DNA of 64,000 nucleotides from Azolla caroliniana. Lineage: Eukaryota; Plantae; Polypodiophyta. Below the pieces are notes generated by a model. That model was given only the letters and a program-made list of their open reading frames with translations. It had not been told where the DNA came from and searched no databases. The stretch lies in assembly GCA_043228905.1 (NCBI GenBank), contig JBHGNT010000005.1, forward strand, positions 19,592,001 through 19,656,000, in the 5' to 3' direction. Position 1 is the stretch's first letter. Every line of letters begins with the position of its first letter. This document shows, piece by piece, positions 51,826 through 64,000 of this stretch. A program made the position numbers and the translations under genes.

Positions 51826-52365
51826 ATATTAACGTCTTCTAAGGCCAAAATTGGCCCATCACAGTTGGTTTACAACAAAAATGGGTATTTATCCAATCAT
51901 CAAAACTAAAATAAAAGTAAAGTAAAAATAGCTTAAGCTAAAAGAGTTCTAGTAGTGTACAAAACATGGTATACTTGATAAAAAAAGAAGTGACTTTGCA
52001 CTAAGCCTAATTTCATCTCCACCCAAGCCTCTCGAAAAGAAGTAGGAGGTCAAAGGGTTTTGGTGTGCATGTGACCCGTGGTCCTAGTGTATAGAGTGCC
52101 CAAGCCATGGCTTCTAGGCGGTGTAGCTCACGTTCCCTTATTTTCTTTATTGCTTCTACATCATGTCGAGTTGCTTTGAAACCCGGCATCCGAGGGCGTT
52201 TGGTTCTTCTTTGATTTTCTGCTTCATCAAGGAAAAGCCCGAGTGGTACAGGTGTGTCGACATTCATTGTCTCCCCTGTTCCTGAAAAACTTCATTTGTT
52301 ACATGTTGGTAAACATTAGCAACATTTTGTAACTTATTCTCTCTGTGTTGTTTCAATTCTAAGTG
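51826..52365 (-). mobile_element. short non-LTR retroposed insert with a LINE-like 3' tail
   Basis: Ends (minus strand) ..GAAGACGTTAAT, like the adjacent LINE tail ..GAAGACGATAATATAAT. It sits in the (GA)n tract of LTR I and contains an 84-aa ORF at 52013-52267. Confidence 0.55.
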
Positions 52366-52395
52366 TGTGAGAGAGATAGATAGATAGATAGATAG

Positions 52396-54308
52396 ATTAT
52401 ATTATCGTCTTCGGAGATCAAATATGACCTATGAGACCAAAAATATTACATTTCACGTGATACGTGTGAAAGTGAGTAGTGACTCTCGATGTTCAAGAAC
52501 TTTACCAATGAATGTTGCAATCGAGAGTGCACATTGTGGTTGTGAGAGGAATTCATGCAAAGATTGGGCTCGATCGAAGAGATGTGGAAAGCATGGTCGA
52601 ATATGATCAAAGGCAGAGCATTGTATCAAAGTGTGATACTCAGACTCGCGAACTTGTTTAGGGCAAAGTGTGCATAGCCGACCACTCTCATCACTTGTAC
52701 CCCAACGCCCTGTTTCACATCGCAATGCATGTGAGCTAAGTCGCATGGAAGCAATGGTTCGAATGGCAGATAACGGTATGGGCTCTAACATGTATGGATG
52801 TGTACGATTTCCCCGTTCCGCAAAGAATATGGTTTTGTAGTTAGGTGCAACATGTGTAGTATAATGTGTGAAGCGTGAGCCTCCACATTTGTCCCATGTC
52901 ATGATACATTGGCGTTGCAAAAATGCCTCATTTACAGAGGAATCTAATGATGCATCATGAAGCAAGTGTCTCGCATCCCATCTACCAAACCATTTTTCTA
53001 TATCTTGCATCCAACCGGAACACAAAATTTTGCTTTTATGCGTCTTTTGGATCTTTTTGCTTGCTTCCCACGCAATTCTAGGAAGTCGATGTGAGGGACT
53101 TTTTTGAACCTTAAGCATGTATTCAACAACCCTTTCCATGGCCATGATCTCAATGGGAAGCGATCCCGTCTCAAGGAGGAGGAGGGTGTAGGGCGTTTGT
53201 TTCTTAACTTGTAGAAACTTGGTAAGAAAATGCTTTTGGACATTTTCAAACTCTTTCCACATAGACTTAGGGATGCTACCACCCCATACTTCCACCCCAT
53301 AGAGAAGAACTGGTGTCACCAAAGTGTCAAAAAGATATTTCTTGAGGACCCAACACTTAATATCTCCAAGATTGCATGTGTTCTCAAATGCATAGTATGC
53401 TCGTTTGCCCGCCTCTAAGCGGCGTGTAGCACATTCATTCCATCTATGATTTGAAGGAACTTCAAGGCCAAGATATTTGAAGCTTTCCACACATTCAAGT
53501 GGCTCATTGTTGTACATAATGCATGGTTTATCTCTTTTTTGGCTCTTCACAAGCATAATCTTTGTTTTAGAGCTATTGACACTTAATTTAGTATGCATGC
53601 AAAATTTTTCCAATGCCTTCATAAGCTTTTGTGCATCTCCTAAAGTATTTGCAAAAAGCACTACGTCATCTGCATATAGCAAAAGCATAATCACAACATT
53701 CCCAATGGCAACTTCTTCAACACATTCTTCCTTTGCAAACTTGGTAACCATTTCTTCCAATTCATCAATGCATAGACCAAATAGTGTTGGTGAGAGTGGG
53801 CATCCTTGCTTAACACCAATAGTGCTTTTGAAAAAATCTGAAAGTTTATCTTTCATGCGCACACAACATATAACCTTCTCATAAATTCGGGAAATTGCAA
53901 GCATATATTCACTTGGCACCTCAAGTTCTTCCATTCGCCTCCAAAGATGCTCACGAGGTACCATATCAAAAGCTTTCTTGAAGTCTACAAAGAAACAATA
54001 TAAACCTTTACCTCTAAGGCGACTTTCCTCCATTAATACTCGAAGGGTGATAAGGTGATCAATGGTGCTATGGTGTTTCCGAAAGCCAGCTTGTCCATAA
54101 GCTCTCTTACCACTTTTTTCAGCCCATACACTTATCTTTGATTCCATTATACATCCAAATAGTTTTGCCATTAATGAGCCAACCATGATGGTTCGATAGT
54201 TGTTTACATGATTTATATCTCCACCTTTATGTAAAGGTTTGATCCAATTTGTAGTCCAATCGTACGGCATACCATGTTGCAATGCATCATTAAACATATC
54301 GCTTATCC
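52396..54308 (-). mobile_element. 5'-truncated LINE (RTE/RTEX-like)
   Basis: Uninterrupted RT ORF, short 3' UTR with TAA-type tail, both ends within GA/GATA microsatellite. Confidence 0.9.
52453..54297 (-). CDS. non-LTR reverse transcriptase with C-terminal CCHC finger (endonuclease lost by 5' truncation)
   Basis: 614 aa open frame with QAGFR, FVDFKKAFD, GVKQGCPLSPTLF, YADD, FKYLG and ETGRW..CTLC..ESEYH..IQC. Confidence 0.93.
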   Translation of the reverse strand: MFNDALQHGMPYDWTTNWIKPLHKGGDINHVNNYRTIMVGSLMAKLFGCIMESKISVWAEKSGKRAYGQAGFRKHHSTIDHLITLRVLMEESRLRGKGLYCFFVDFKKAFDMVPREHLWRRMEELEVPSEYMLAISRIYEKVICCVRMKDKLSDFFKSTIGVKQGCPLSPTLFGLCIDELEEMVTKFAKEECVEEVAIGNVVIMLLLYADDVVLFANTLGDAQKLMKALEKFCMHTKLSVNSSKTKIMLVKSQKRDKPCIMYNNEPLECVESFKYLGLEVPSNHRWNECATRRLEAGKRAYYAFENTCNLGDIKCWVLKKYLFDTLVTPVLLYGVEVWGGSIPKSMWKEFENVQKHFLTKFLQVKKQTPYTLLLLETGSLPIEIMAMERVVEYMLKVQKSPSHRLPRIAWEASKKIQKTHKSKILCSGWMQDIEKWFGRWDARHLLHDASLDSSVNEAFLQRQCIMTWDKCGGSRFTHYTTHVAPNYKTIFFAERGNRTHPYMLEPIPLSAIRTIASMRLSSHALRCETGRWGTSDESGRLCTLCPKQVRESEYHTLIQCSAFDHIRPCFPHLFDRAQSLHEFLSQPQCALSIATFIGKVLEHRESLLTFTRIT

Positions 54309-57300
54309 AGAGAGAGAGAGAGAAAGAGATAGAGAGAGAGATCGAACAAGAAACTGTATACTACTTCCAACAACAACTAAGTTACAAAGAGTTGGTTTAA
54401 ATACCAACTAGGCTAGGGCAAGTGCCCTTTCAACTATTTACAAAAATAGCCTGGTGTGTCCATGAGCTAGTGTGAAACCTATCTCTATGGAAAGTTGAGT
54501 TCGACTCGCAACACGCCCCATCGAACACAACTTCCATCTGTCGAAAAGTAGTTTTGGTTAGGTCTCCGGAGTACTTTGATTCGAATGAATCGGCTTCTAG
54601 CTTTCATAATCCTACTCATCTGAACACTTGCTTCATGCTCCTTGTTTGGCTCGATTGCTGCCATTGTATGTCGAATCATCTAGTTATCTTCGATGAACAG
54701 ATTGGCTACTTTCGTGTTGGCTGCTTATCGGCTGCTTCCGTGTCGCCTGTTGTACTCCCCCTCAAGCTCGGCAATGTGGATATTGTTAGACCAAGCTTGT
54801 CAATGCCTAAGGCCTTTGTAAAGATATCAACAACTTGAAGGTGCGTACTGATGTGTTGTAGATCGATTTCACCGGCTTGAACGCGCTCGCGAATGAAGTG
54901 TCAGTGCACTTCGATGTGTTTAGTTCCTGTGTGAAATACAAGGTTGCGAGCCAAGGAGATATTGCTCATGTTGGCGTAGTATAAGCAAATCGGATCTTTG
55001 ATGGGTATGCCTAGATCCTTTAGTACGCGTTTTAGCCATACGACTTCACATGCAGTGACTGTCGCATCCCTGTATTCAGCCTTCGTGCTTGCCAGTGCAA
55101 CTGTTGGTTGCTTCTTGCTGCTCCACGAGATTGCTCTTCTGCCGAGGGAGAAGACAAATCCGGATGTCAATCGTCTATTGTCCTTATATCCGGCCCAGTG
55201 CGCGTCTATGTACCCTTCGAGCCAAATAAACGTATTCAACTTGTACATAATGTTGTAATCCATCATACTATTGACATACCAAAGTATCCTTTTAGCGCAA
55301 TCGAAATGGAGATTTCGTGGGTTCTGCATGAATTGGTTAAGTAGGCCGACAGAATGGCTGAGGTCAGGTCATGTGATGGTTAGGTAGATGAGGTTGCTAA
55401 TTAGTTGGCTTGCACTCGGCTTTGCCGGAATCGACATCGAACTTGAGATTATGGTCAAGAGGAGTAGACACAGGTTTGCACTTGGTCATTCCGAACTTGT
55501 AGAGTAAGTTGAGAACATTGAGAGATTAGGAACTCGATTGGTGTCTGAATTACTTTGATGCCACGGAAGTAATGGAGTTCCTGCATATCTTTCATTTCAA
55601 ATCTGCTGGATAGGAGTGATTTCACTGTATTGACTTTGGCTAGATTTAGTCCTTCGATGACCAAATTATCCACTTATAGGATGATGACAATCAGGTTGTT
55701 CGACTTGTTTCGGATGTACAAGGAGTTGTTCGATTTCGACATTCGAAATCCGATTTGGTGAAGATATTGCATGATCTTTGAATGCCAAGCACGCGGTGCT
55801 TGCTTAAGACTGTAGATCGGCTTCTTGAGTCGGCACACAACTTTTGGATGAGTACGCGATTCAAAGTCGGGTGGTTGTACCATGTACACCTCCTCTTCCA
55901 ATTCGCCTTGAAGAAAGGCGTTCTTGACATCCATCTGGTGGAGGTGCCACCCTTTCGCTATTGCGAGTGTGATCACGGTCCTCACCGTTGTCATCTTTGC
56001 CACCAAGGCAAAGGTCTCTTCGTAGTTGACTCCATGTTTTTGTCCGTATCCCTTCGCTACGAGTCGTGCTTTGAAGCGATTTACGGAGTCGTCGACATTG
56101 TGTTTCACTTTGTAAATCCATCTGCATCCAATACTTTCTTGTGCGGAGACTGAGGAACGAGATCCCATGTCTCATTTTTGCATAAGGCTTGCATTTCTTC
56201 ATTCATTGCGTCCACCCATTTGGTGTCCTTCGTGGCTTCGGAAAACGTTTTCGGCTCCTGTAGTGTCGCTACCTTCATCATAAAGGCGTAATGGTACGCC
56301 ATATAATCGTTGTAGCCAAATCAGCTTACGGGGTTCTTTTCATGGGTGGATCGGCAGAGTTTTTCGTTTGCAGCCGCAATGGCTTTCTTCGCTCCATTTG
56401 TCTGGATGTTGGGGCCTTCGAACTCACTGTGAATTAACTCATTGTCCATCAAGTCTTCATATTCTGGCATTTTCGCCTTCCATTTGTCCAACTTCGGATT
56501 CGGCCGAGATGTGCTTTGATCGCTTAAAGCTCTTGAGGCCCATTAAGCCTTGTCGTAATCGGGCTTCCTTCGAACATGTGCATGAGCCAATCTTCGTCTT
56601 CTACCTCTATTTCGGATTCCGGATCGAGCGTAATTAGAGTCGAAGTTGTCTTTGGTACGTACGAGGATGCGAACTCGTCGAAAACAATGTCTCAACTTAC
56701 TCGAACTTTTCAAGTTGAGGGGTTATAGCACTTGTACCCCTTTTGCTCCAGTGAGTATCTAACGAGGATACATTTCTCCGACTTCGGGTCGGACTTTTGT
56801 CGCATATCATCGGGAATATGCACATCGGCGATCGAGCCGAAAATACGCACATGTGATAACTCATGCTTCCTTCCAAAAAACATCTCATACGCGGTTACGT
56901 TGTGTACCCTTGAGGTTGTACACTTGTTCATGAGGTATACGGCTGTGTTAGCCGCTTCTGCCCAGTATGATTTTGGCAGGTTCTTCTTGTTCATCAGCGC
57001 CCGTGAAACCTCTACTATGTGCCGATTTTTTCGCTCAACGACATCGTTTAGCTGAGGTGTGTGCCGGCATGCAAATTCTCGTTGAATTCCTTCCTTTCGG
57101 AGATACATCATAAATTCATCTAAGAAGTATTCTTTGACTCCATCTGATCGAAGACATCGTATGTGCCGTCCCGTAGCCTTTTCGACTTCGTTTTTGAAGC
57201 TTTGGAAGTGGCCGAACACTTTGCTCTTGTGTTTCATCGGGTAGATCCAGTGTGTGCTTGGAGAAGTCGTCGATGAACATGAAATAATATCAGCATCTGC

Positions 57301-57504
57301 CGAATGTGACTATCTGTGCCGGAACCCATACATCTGAATGTACAACATCCAGGATCCCTTTGCTCACATTCCGCTCTTTTGGAAATAGATGTCGGCGTTG
57401 TTTTCCGAATTGGCACGCCTCGCATACGCCCGCAATCTCCTTCTTGGTAAAGTTCAGGAGTCCAATTACAACTCCTTTTGATTGCATATTCTGGTGGTTG
57501 ATGT

Positions 57505-58040
57505 TGTTGGGAATTTGGTCCCTCCGAATGGGATCCGGAGGACCCGGATCGGACGAGCCGGATGAAGGAACCGGATCGGGAAGGGTTCCGGATGAGACCC
57601 AGAAACCGAATCGAGTGAATCCAGATGGATCCGGTGCAAATTGGATCCAAGGAAATATGTGTAAATATGTTTCATGGTGAGCCCATCGAGGCTATATTTG
57701 TAAATAGACCTAAAGTCATATAAGGATAAATATGACTTAGGGCAATCACTTTATTGTTGAGTTGATCTTGTTGTTGTATATTGTTAGAGAGACAAAGAGA
57801 GATACATAACTCATTTTCTATTGTAACGGCCGGTTTGCTGAAGACATAGAGCTCGAGGTCGTTGCCTGTGAGTCTCACATTGTATTCCTCCCCTCATAGT
57901 GATAGTTGGAGTCTGTGGGCTCCCTTGGTTTTTCCCATTTAGGGGTTTCCATGTTAACATCCTATGTCATCTCTGTTTTAGTTTGTTCTCTTCTATTCCT
58001 TGTTGAAGACTCGGTTGTGGCCGAGCTTCATTTCCGCACA
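57505..58040 (+). mobile_element. solo LTR, distantly related to the copia L family
   Basis: TGTTGGGAA..CCGCACA with TSD GATGT (57500-57504, 58041-58045). Splits the ..KRIGHI|NHQN codons of element I. Confidence 0.92.
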
Positions 58041-59645
58041 GATGTGGCCAATTCTCTTGTGCCACAATTTCAAGTCAGTTTCAACTTTGATGGCATTAGC
58101 AAACATAGCGGACTTCACCTCGCTCGACTCGAGCATAAACATTCGGCCTTCTTGACGGCCGTGAGCTACGACTCGATCGTCTTTTTCAATGACGCATCCG
58201 TCAATGTTGAATCGTACTTGCATGCCTTGTTCGACAATCTGGACAACTGAGACCAAGTTTTTCGTGATGGTTGGGACATGCAGGATGTTTTTGAGGTAGG
58301 TTTGTATGCCATCCTTTCCAAATGGGACGTTCCCGATATGCCATATTGAATGAGTCATGTCATTGCTTGTTTTGACATATCCGGGTCATTGGGGCTTTCG
58401 TGATTCTCGGAACCAATCTTCATGAGATGTCATATGGTGCTTGTTTCACCTTGTGTCGCCATTGAGTGCGCTTTGTGCCTCATCAGGAACATTCCTCTAC
58501 GATCATTGTAGTCAGAATTGGATGCGTAATTCCTGAGTTGTCGGCTGGTCGAACCTGAGTCTCGCTTCTTCTTTCGGCACTCGTCTTTGTAATGGCCAAG
58601 TTTTCCGCAGTATCCGCATTCGATTGGGCTGTTACGATTGATTAGTCTGGCAGGATGGCTCCCCCTTCTTCCAGACGCTCCGCCTCATGTGTTTGACGCG
58701 TCTTCTCGGTAGTAGAAGTTCGGTTCATGGGCTAGCTCTTTGTTGTGTCGGTCTCTTCCGAATCGGCCTCTATTTCCTCGACCTTGTCCTCTTCCTCCAT
58801 CGAGGTTCTAATAGAGCATCTAACCATCATGTGAGTAGTTCCTTTGTCGAAGATGATTTTCTTCGACCAATAGTATCGACTGGAGATCGAAGGAGGGAGG
58901 ATTCTGTCTCACGAGAACGGTCGACCTTATTGCACTGAATCGAGGTGCCAAGCCTCCGAGGTATATTTGCGCCATTTCTTCATCGTTGATGAGGGCATTA
59001 ATTGACTTGAGGGCATCGCACAACTCCTTGATCTTCAAGATGTAGGTGTCGATTGACATGTCCCTTTGTTGAATACTATTTAGCTCTTGTCGAGGTTGGA
59101 GCTTACGTGCAGCTGTGTTAGCTGCGAAAATCTTCTTGAGATTGCCCCATGCCTCTTCAGCGTTTTCGACTCTCGAATGTAGCCGAGCATGTGATCATGA
59201 ACGCATGATGCAAGGTAGTACAACACACGGCTCGCAGCCTGCTCCCAAATTGGGTAGTTGGCATGTGTTGGGTTGGGTTGTGTTTCGTGGGCACCTTCAA
59301 TATAGCTCCAGTAGCCTTGTCCGACAAGGTATTGATGCATCTTGTACTCCCAAGATGCGAAGTTTGTTCGATCTAGCTTCTCTGTAGGAAGATCGCTTCC
59401 CATCTGAGTGTTCATTATTTCGATTTCTCCTCTGTTGCTTGAACTGGTTTTGATGATCGTCGGTGTTGTGATCACAACACAGTTGAGCGAGTTTTATCAG
59501 ATAACCACACACTCTGATGACATGTAAAGAATCGAGAGAGATTTAGTGCAGCAAAAAATGACTATGTGTGTGTGTTGTGTGTGTGCACGTAAGACACGCA
59601 TAGAGAGAGAGAGAGAACAAGAAACTGTATACTACTTCCAACAAC

Positions 59646-62600
59646 TCCACAACTAGTTGGAATTTATCATACCCAGAGTATAGATCACCAAATAAATAAA
59701 CAGACCTTCCAGCAAAGGCCTTGGCGAGTTCGTCAAAGCTCGGTCCAACCCCTTCATTTCAAATTGTCACTTGATTAACAGATTGTAGGTCCTGGATGAA
59801 GCGTTAGGTGCCGTTCTTCTTTGGCACAGTGAACCACTAATTCGAGTATGGGACACTTGATGGCTCGAGGATACCCATCTCGATCTTTTCCTTGAGTAGC
59901 TCAATCAACTTCGGGATGTGAGCTCTCGGAACTGGGATTGGCTAAATGTTTCACGGTACATGCGACACCATAAAGATCACCATTGGCTCCACGATCTTAC
60001 GGTTTACACACCCTATCTCACCCGACGAGAAGGCGAAAGCCCTTCCGTGGCTTTCACTCATCCTTCTAAATCTTTCCTCCTCCCTAGGCAATAGGAAGCC
60101 ACCCCCACCAATCCGGAGCTTCTGTCACGTCTCGTCGGTGAACCAGTGCCCTATGCCTCATGGGCCCTGCAAGCTAGGATCAGTCGCTACCCCCTTTATC
60201 TGATCCCAACTATCGTAAGGCAATGGGGCAGCGACAAGCTTCACCTTCTTGTCCACGGTCTTGTACTTTGTTTGCACCTTGACTGTCCTCGCTTCCTCAA
60301 TCAACTGCCCAAGCTCTTCGATGGTGGTGTACATGTCAACTGAGTTGACTAGAATTACCTTGTCTTCATTGAGGCCCGAAATGACTACCTTCTCCATCTC
60401 TATGAGAGTGTCGTCGAACGAGACCGCCTCCATGGCGGCGCTTATGGTGTCATCTTCCCCCAATAAATTACATTGTTTGAGATACCTTTCGTATCTCTTG
60501 GCCCTAGATTTATTTCTATCACTTAAACTAGTGATTTTACAAGCTCCATTTTCGGAGAACCAAAATTGTTTCCTATTACATTTAATAGTTTTACAAGGGT
60601 TTAGGGTCTTAGTTTGCCTCGGGCTATTGCGGTCCCACTCTTTAATAGCCCGCATAAAAAATCCTCTCGGCTCTCCCCTTTGAGGGAGGCTCAATTGCGC
60701 TCATGGTTGGGCCTCACCGTAAGGAATTGGATTGAATGATTCCCATCTTGGCTCTTGACCCTCGCATATGCCAGCCCGTTGTCTAGCACCTTCGTCTCCA
60801 TGCGAGCCACCGTGATGTATGGTTCACCCAAGATGACCGGGTGCGAGGACGTCTCTTGAACAAAAAAATGTTGATCTATTTCTATGTCCCCCACATTCAC
60901 ACGTACATTCAGGCAAGCCCCGTATAGCTCCTCGGTTACTCGGGTCGCCGCTCTAATCTTCCACCCGTCCTTCGTGTTGATCGGCCACTTTCCCTTTTTA
61001 TAAAAGTTCATGGATATAAGGTTGATCTCAGAGCCATGGTCGATCAATGCTACAACCAGCTCTTTTACATCTCCGACCCGTATTGGTGTCTCCGTTGTCA
61101 CTCTTGCCCAATGCGGTCTCGTGTAGTGACTGTCCGCATAGTCTTCGTCTTCCTCGGGAACCTCAGTCGATAATGCATTTACAATCACGGGCTTTGCCAT
61201 TTCTTGCTCCGTCGAGAGCCTCCGTCGTGGAATTCTTTCTTGGCAATTCCGAGGACCTCTTGCAAAGTAAACTCTACGCGACTATCAACGATCCTTTCCT
61301 CCACTACCTTCTTCAAGTACATTGCTTGTTCGATCTCCGAGCAAAGCTTGAAGTTGGGGGGGTTTCCCTTCTCTTTCCATCTTTCGTCACATGCTTGAGA
61401 CTGGTTCGGCTGTTCCCTTCTTCGTGCACCTTGAGCGTCGTATTTCCTTGATGGACCGGCTCCCTCGTCATTTCCTACCTTCTTCTCTTCTACCATTACT
61501 TCATAGTTTTGGCAAGCGGCTTCCACTAAGCCTGTATTTTCTTCCACCGGATCCTTCCACCCGGTTGCTTCTTGGACCCTTCTTTCCGCTTCGTCCGCGT
61601 CTTCTCTTTTGAACTTCCCCTTAGAGAGGCTTCCAAGGATTGATGACCAAAAGTCAAACTCTTTCTCGTCTTGCCTCACCTCTTTCCCCACTCGGATCCT
61701 AGCTGACGCCAAGTAGTGGACGGATTCAACATGTCGTGCTTCGGCCTCCTCCATTAGCCTTCTCATGCCCCCTCGGCCTTGATTCAATCAATCCCAAGGG
61801 GCGCCTTGTCTCCGTCAAATAGACCCTATTGTTCCAAAGATAGACAATATCCTTTCTTAGGGCCTCTTGAAAGTCTCCATACTCTCTTCGTAGGTGGTCG
61901 GGGTTGTCGCACCACATACGTCTTTGCGCGAACAAGGGACGTTGATCTTGAGGGCCACCGCTCTCTCTAATAGCTTGCGCTATCTGGAGATCTCGCTCCA
62001 TCTTTGTGAGCTCGTCTATTGCCGACCCTCCCGATGGTGCTTCAACCACGTTTCTCTCGGGGACGAACCTTTCATTTGCTTGCTCTCTTTCTTGAGGTAT
62101 TCTACCACCCCTGGGTTCGTGTGTCTCACTAATGGAGCCTGTGGATGTTTGGCCACTCAACGGAGACCTGTCGTTCCATTCCCTTCTCTTCTCTTATTGA
62201 AGCGACTACAAACCCGTTTTACCATAGCCCAATCCGTCGTGAGCCCATCATCAGTTTCGAGGAGGGACCCCACCTTCTCTCGGTCTCGTGCATCAACAAC
62301 CTTTATGAATAGTAGGACCTTGCTTGTGTCAAGCACCATCCTATCGAGAGTTGAGAGTCGCGCGAAGCGCTTCTCAAATTCTTGTAGAAGTACCATAGTA
62401 TTTCTCCCCTTGCCGAGAAGCTCAACCCACTCCATTAGATCCCTTTTCGAAATTCTGAGTGAGTCATCAAGGTCGTACTTCTCGAGGAGTCTTTCTTCGA
62501 ACTCCACCCAATTGCAACAGTCCGCTTGGATCTCGAGTACCTCTTCGTGGATACTCGATGTTACCACTCTAGCAAATCCGGCTAGCCGCCTATCTTCAGG

Positions 62601-63950
62601 GACATTTCGCATAAGCATTTTGGCCTTATAGGCATCCAAGTAGCTCGTGGTATCTCTTCCATTGAACCGACCCGTTGTGCTAATCATTGTCTCTATGACC
62701 CGGTCTAGGCCGGTGATGCCTTCTCGGGCATTTACCAAGTGGTGCACCGCCCCCCCCCCCCATCGCTTCAGCGAGTTCTCCTCCTCGCATCTTGGTTCTC
62801 CCTTGTCGCCCTTTCACGTCGGGTTCACCAATTTTATGACGCGAAGTTTCGCGTGCGTGTGTTACTTGGGCGGGACCACGGGGGTCTTGGACTAGGGAGT
62901 ACTCAAAGGATAGAGAAGACCTGAGGTTTGCTTTGCGACAATACTACTTCCCGACCTCTTCCCGAGCAAGGGCTTGTTGCCCTTTCTTTTGTGAGGCCGG
63001 TGGCTCTCGTTGATCACGACTCGTCGAACTTTCGAGATCACTGCACAAGCCAAGTGAACAAACGGGTACAAGCAAGATGAGCACGCAAGATGAACGCACA
63101 AGGGGGGCGATAACACAAACACGAATGCCCATACTTCTTTATGAGGAGGAGAGGTGCATGGGCACGTCTGAATGCTCCCTCGTCACAAGACGTCGAATGT
63201 ACGAGGAAGACACAAAACATACGCACAAATGCTCGTACGCCTTTATGACGAGGAGAGGTGCATGGGCAAGCCCGAAATGGTCCCTCATCACAAGACGGCC
63301 GAACGTACAAGGAAGACACAAACACACTCACAAATGCTTGTACGTCTTTATAAGGAGGAGAGGTGCATGGGCAAGCCCGAAACGGTCCCTCGTCACAAGA
63401 CGGCCGAACGTACAAGGAAGACAAAAACATACGCACAAAATGCTCATACGCCTTTATGAGGAGGAGAGGTGCATGGGTAAGCCCGAAACGGTCCCTCGTC
63501 ACAAGACGACCGAACGTACAAGGAAGACACAAACACACGCACAAATGCTCGTACATCTTTATGAGGAGAGGTGCATGGGCACGCCCGAAACACTCCCTCG
63601 TCACAAGACGGTCGAACGTACAAGGAAGACACGAACAAAGAAAGAAGGAAAGAAAGAAACACGAATGATATCGGCCAAAGAAACAAATACATGTTCGATT
63701 CCAATGCAAGAGGACCCTTTATAAAGTAGGGTTTGATTACAATGGCAACTTATAGTCTACCTTTTATCTCTCGTCTCTCTTACTTTTTACACGAGCTTCC
63801 ATGTATTCTTTCCACCCTTTCCTTTCCCTTTTCTTTTTCATGTGCACAATTAATCGCCTTTGTGTGCACACACATTGCACATGCACATTTTGACCCCCCC
63901 CCCCCTTTTTCGCCGGTTTTTCCCACTCTCGAGCACGCCACATCATGACA
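59646..63950 (-). mobile_element. Ty3/gypsy element K, 3'-truncated within RT
   Basis: 5' LTR 62837-63950, tRNA-Trp PBS 62813-62830. Gag 62157-62747 and 61185-62160, protease 60691-61200 (LIDHGSEINL), ORF2 from ~60660 to GDLYSGYDKFQL. Confidence 0.9.
63120..63670. repeat. ~105-bp tandem repeat, 5 copies, inside LTR K
   Basis: Units begin TTTAT(G/A)A(G/C)GAG.. at ~63138, 63242, 63347, 63453 and 63558. Confidence 0.92.
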
Positions 63951-64000
63951 CCGCAAGGCTCTCCTTCATCAAACAGACGGTTGTCAAGTTACTCACTCGT

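Larger units (their letters stand above)
51732..59645 (-). mobile_element. Ty1/copia element I, degenerate; 3' LTR split by LINE insertions, 5' LTR truncated
   Basis: 3' LTR = 51732-~51825 + ~54309-54513. 5' LTR 59523-~59645. Gag 59080-59475, integrase 56710-57237, RT 55674-56168, RNase H 54901-55329. Confidence 0.88.

Noticed and set aside
63038-63724. ORFs over 200 aa on both strands
   Set aside because: Artefacts of the 105-bp tandem repeat within an LTR.
63951-64000. host sequence flanking LTR K, possibly copia RT on the minus strand
   Set aside because: Only 50 bp, too short to call.

Overview
Eukaryotic, transposon-saturated DNA with no intact cellular gene, probably from a non-seed land plant (inferred from the element types). 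The window resolves into nested Ty1/copia elements (tRNA-iMet PBS, 5-bp TSDs), Ty3/gypsy elements (tRNA-Trp PBS, 4-bp TSDs), solo LTRs, a tandem TRIM-like element, a gag-only non-autonomous element and a young 5'-truncated LINE. Removing the nested insertions from ~27-50 kb at their TSDs reveals a large decayed DNA transposon. It has a Sola-like DDD transposase (IIDGMDQ / QLDNxxRENKN / VGHTHDHIDQMF), followed on the same strand by an intron-containing, bacterial-type beta-class amino DNA methyltransferase (N4-C/N6-A) gene and a sharp terminus at ~49815. This transposase plus methyltransferase cassette is the top candidate for an undescribed system. Other highlights are a conserved -1 ribosomal frameshift signal (G GAU UUU plus a covarying hairpin) between protease and RT in three gypsy elements, tRNA-like A/B-box motifs inside an LTR, and a palindromic TG..CA mini-element. 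All boundaries were read by eye and no database searches were run.
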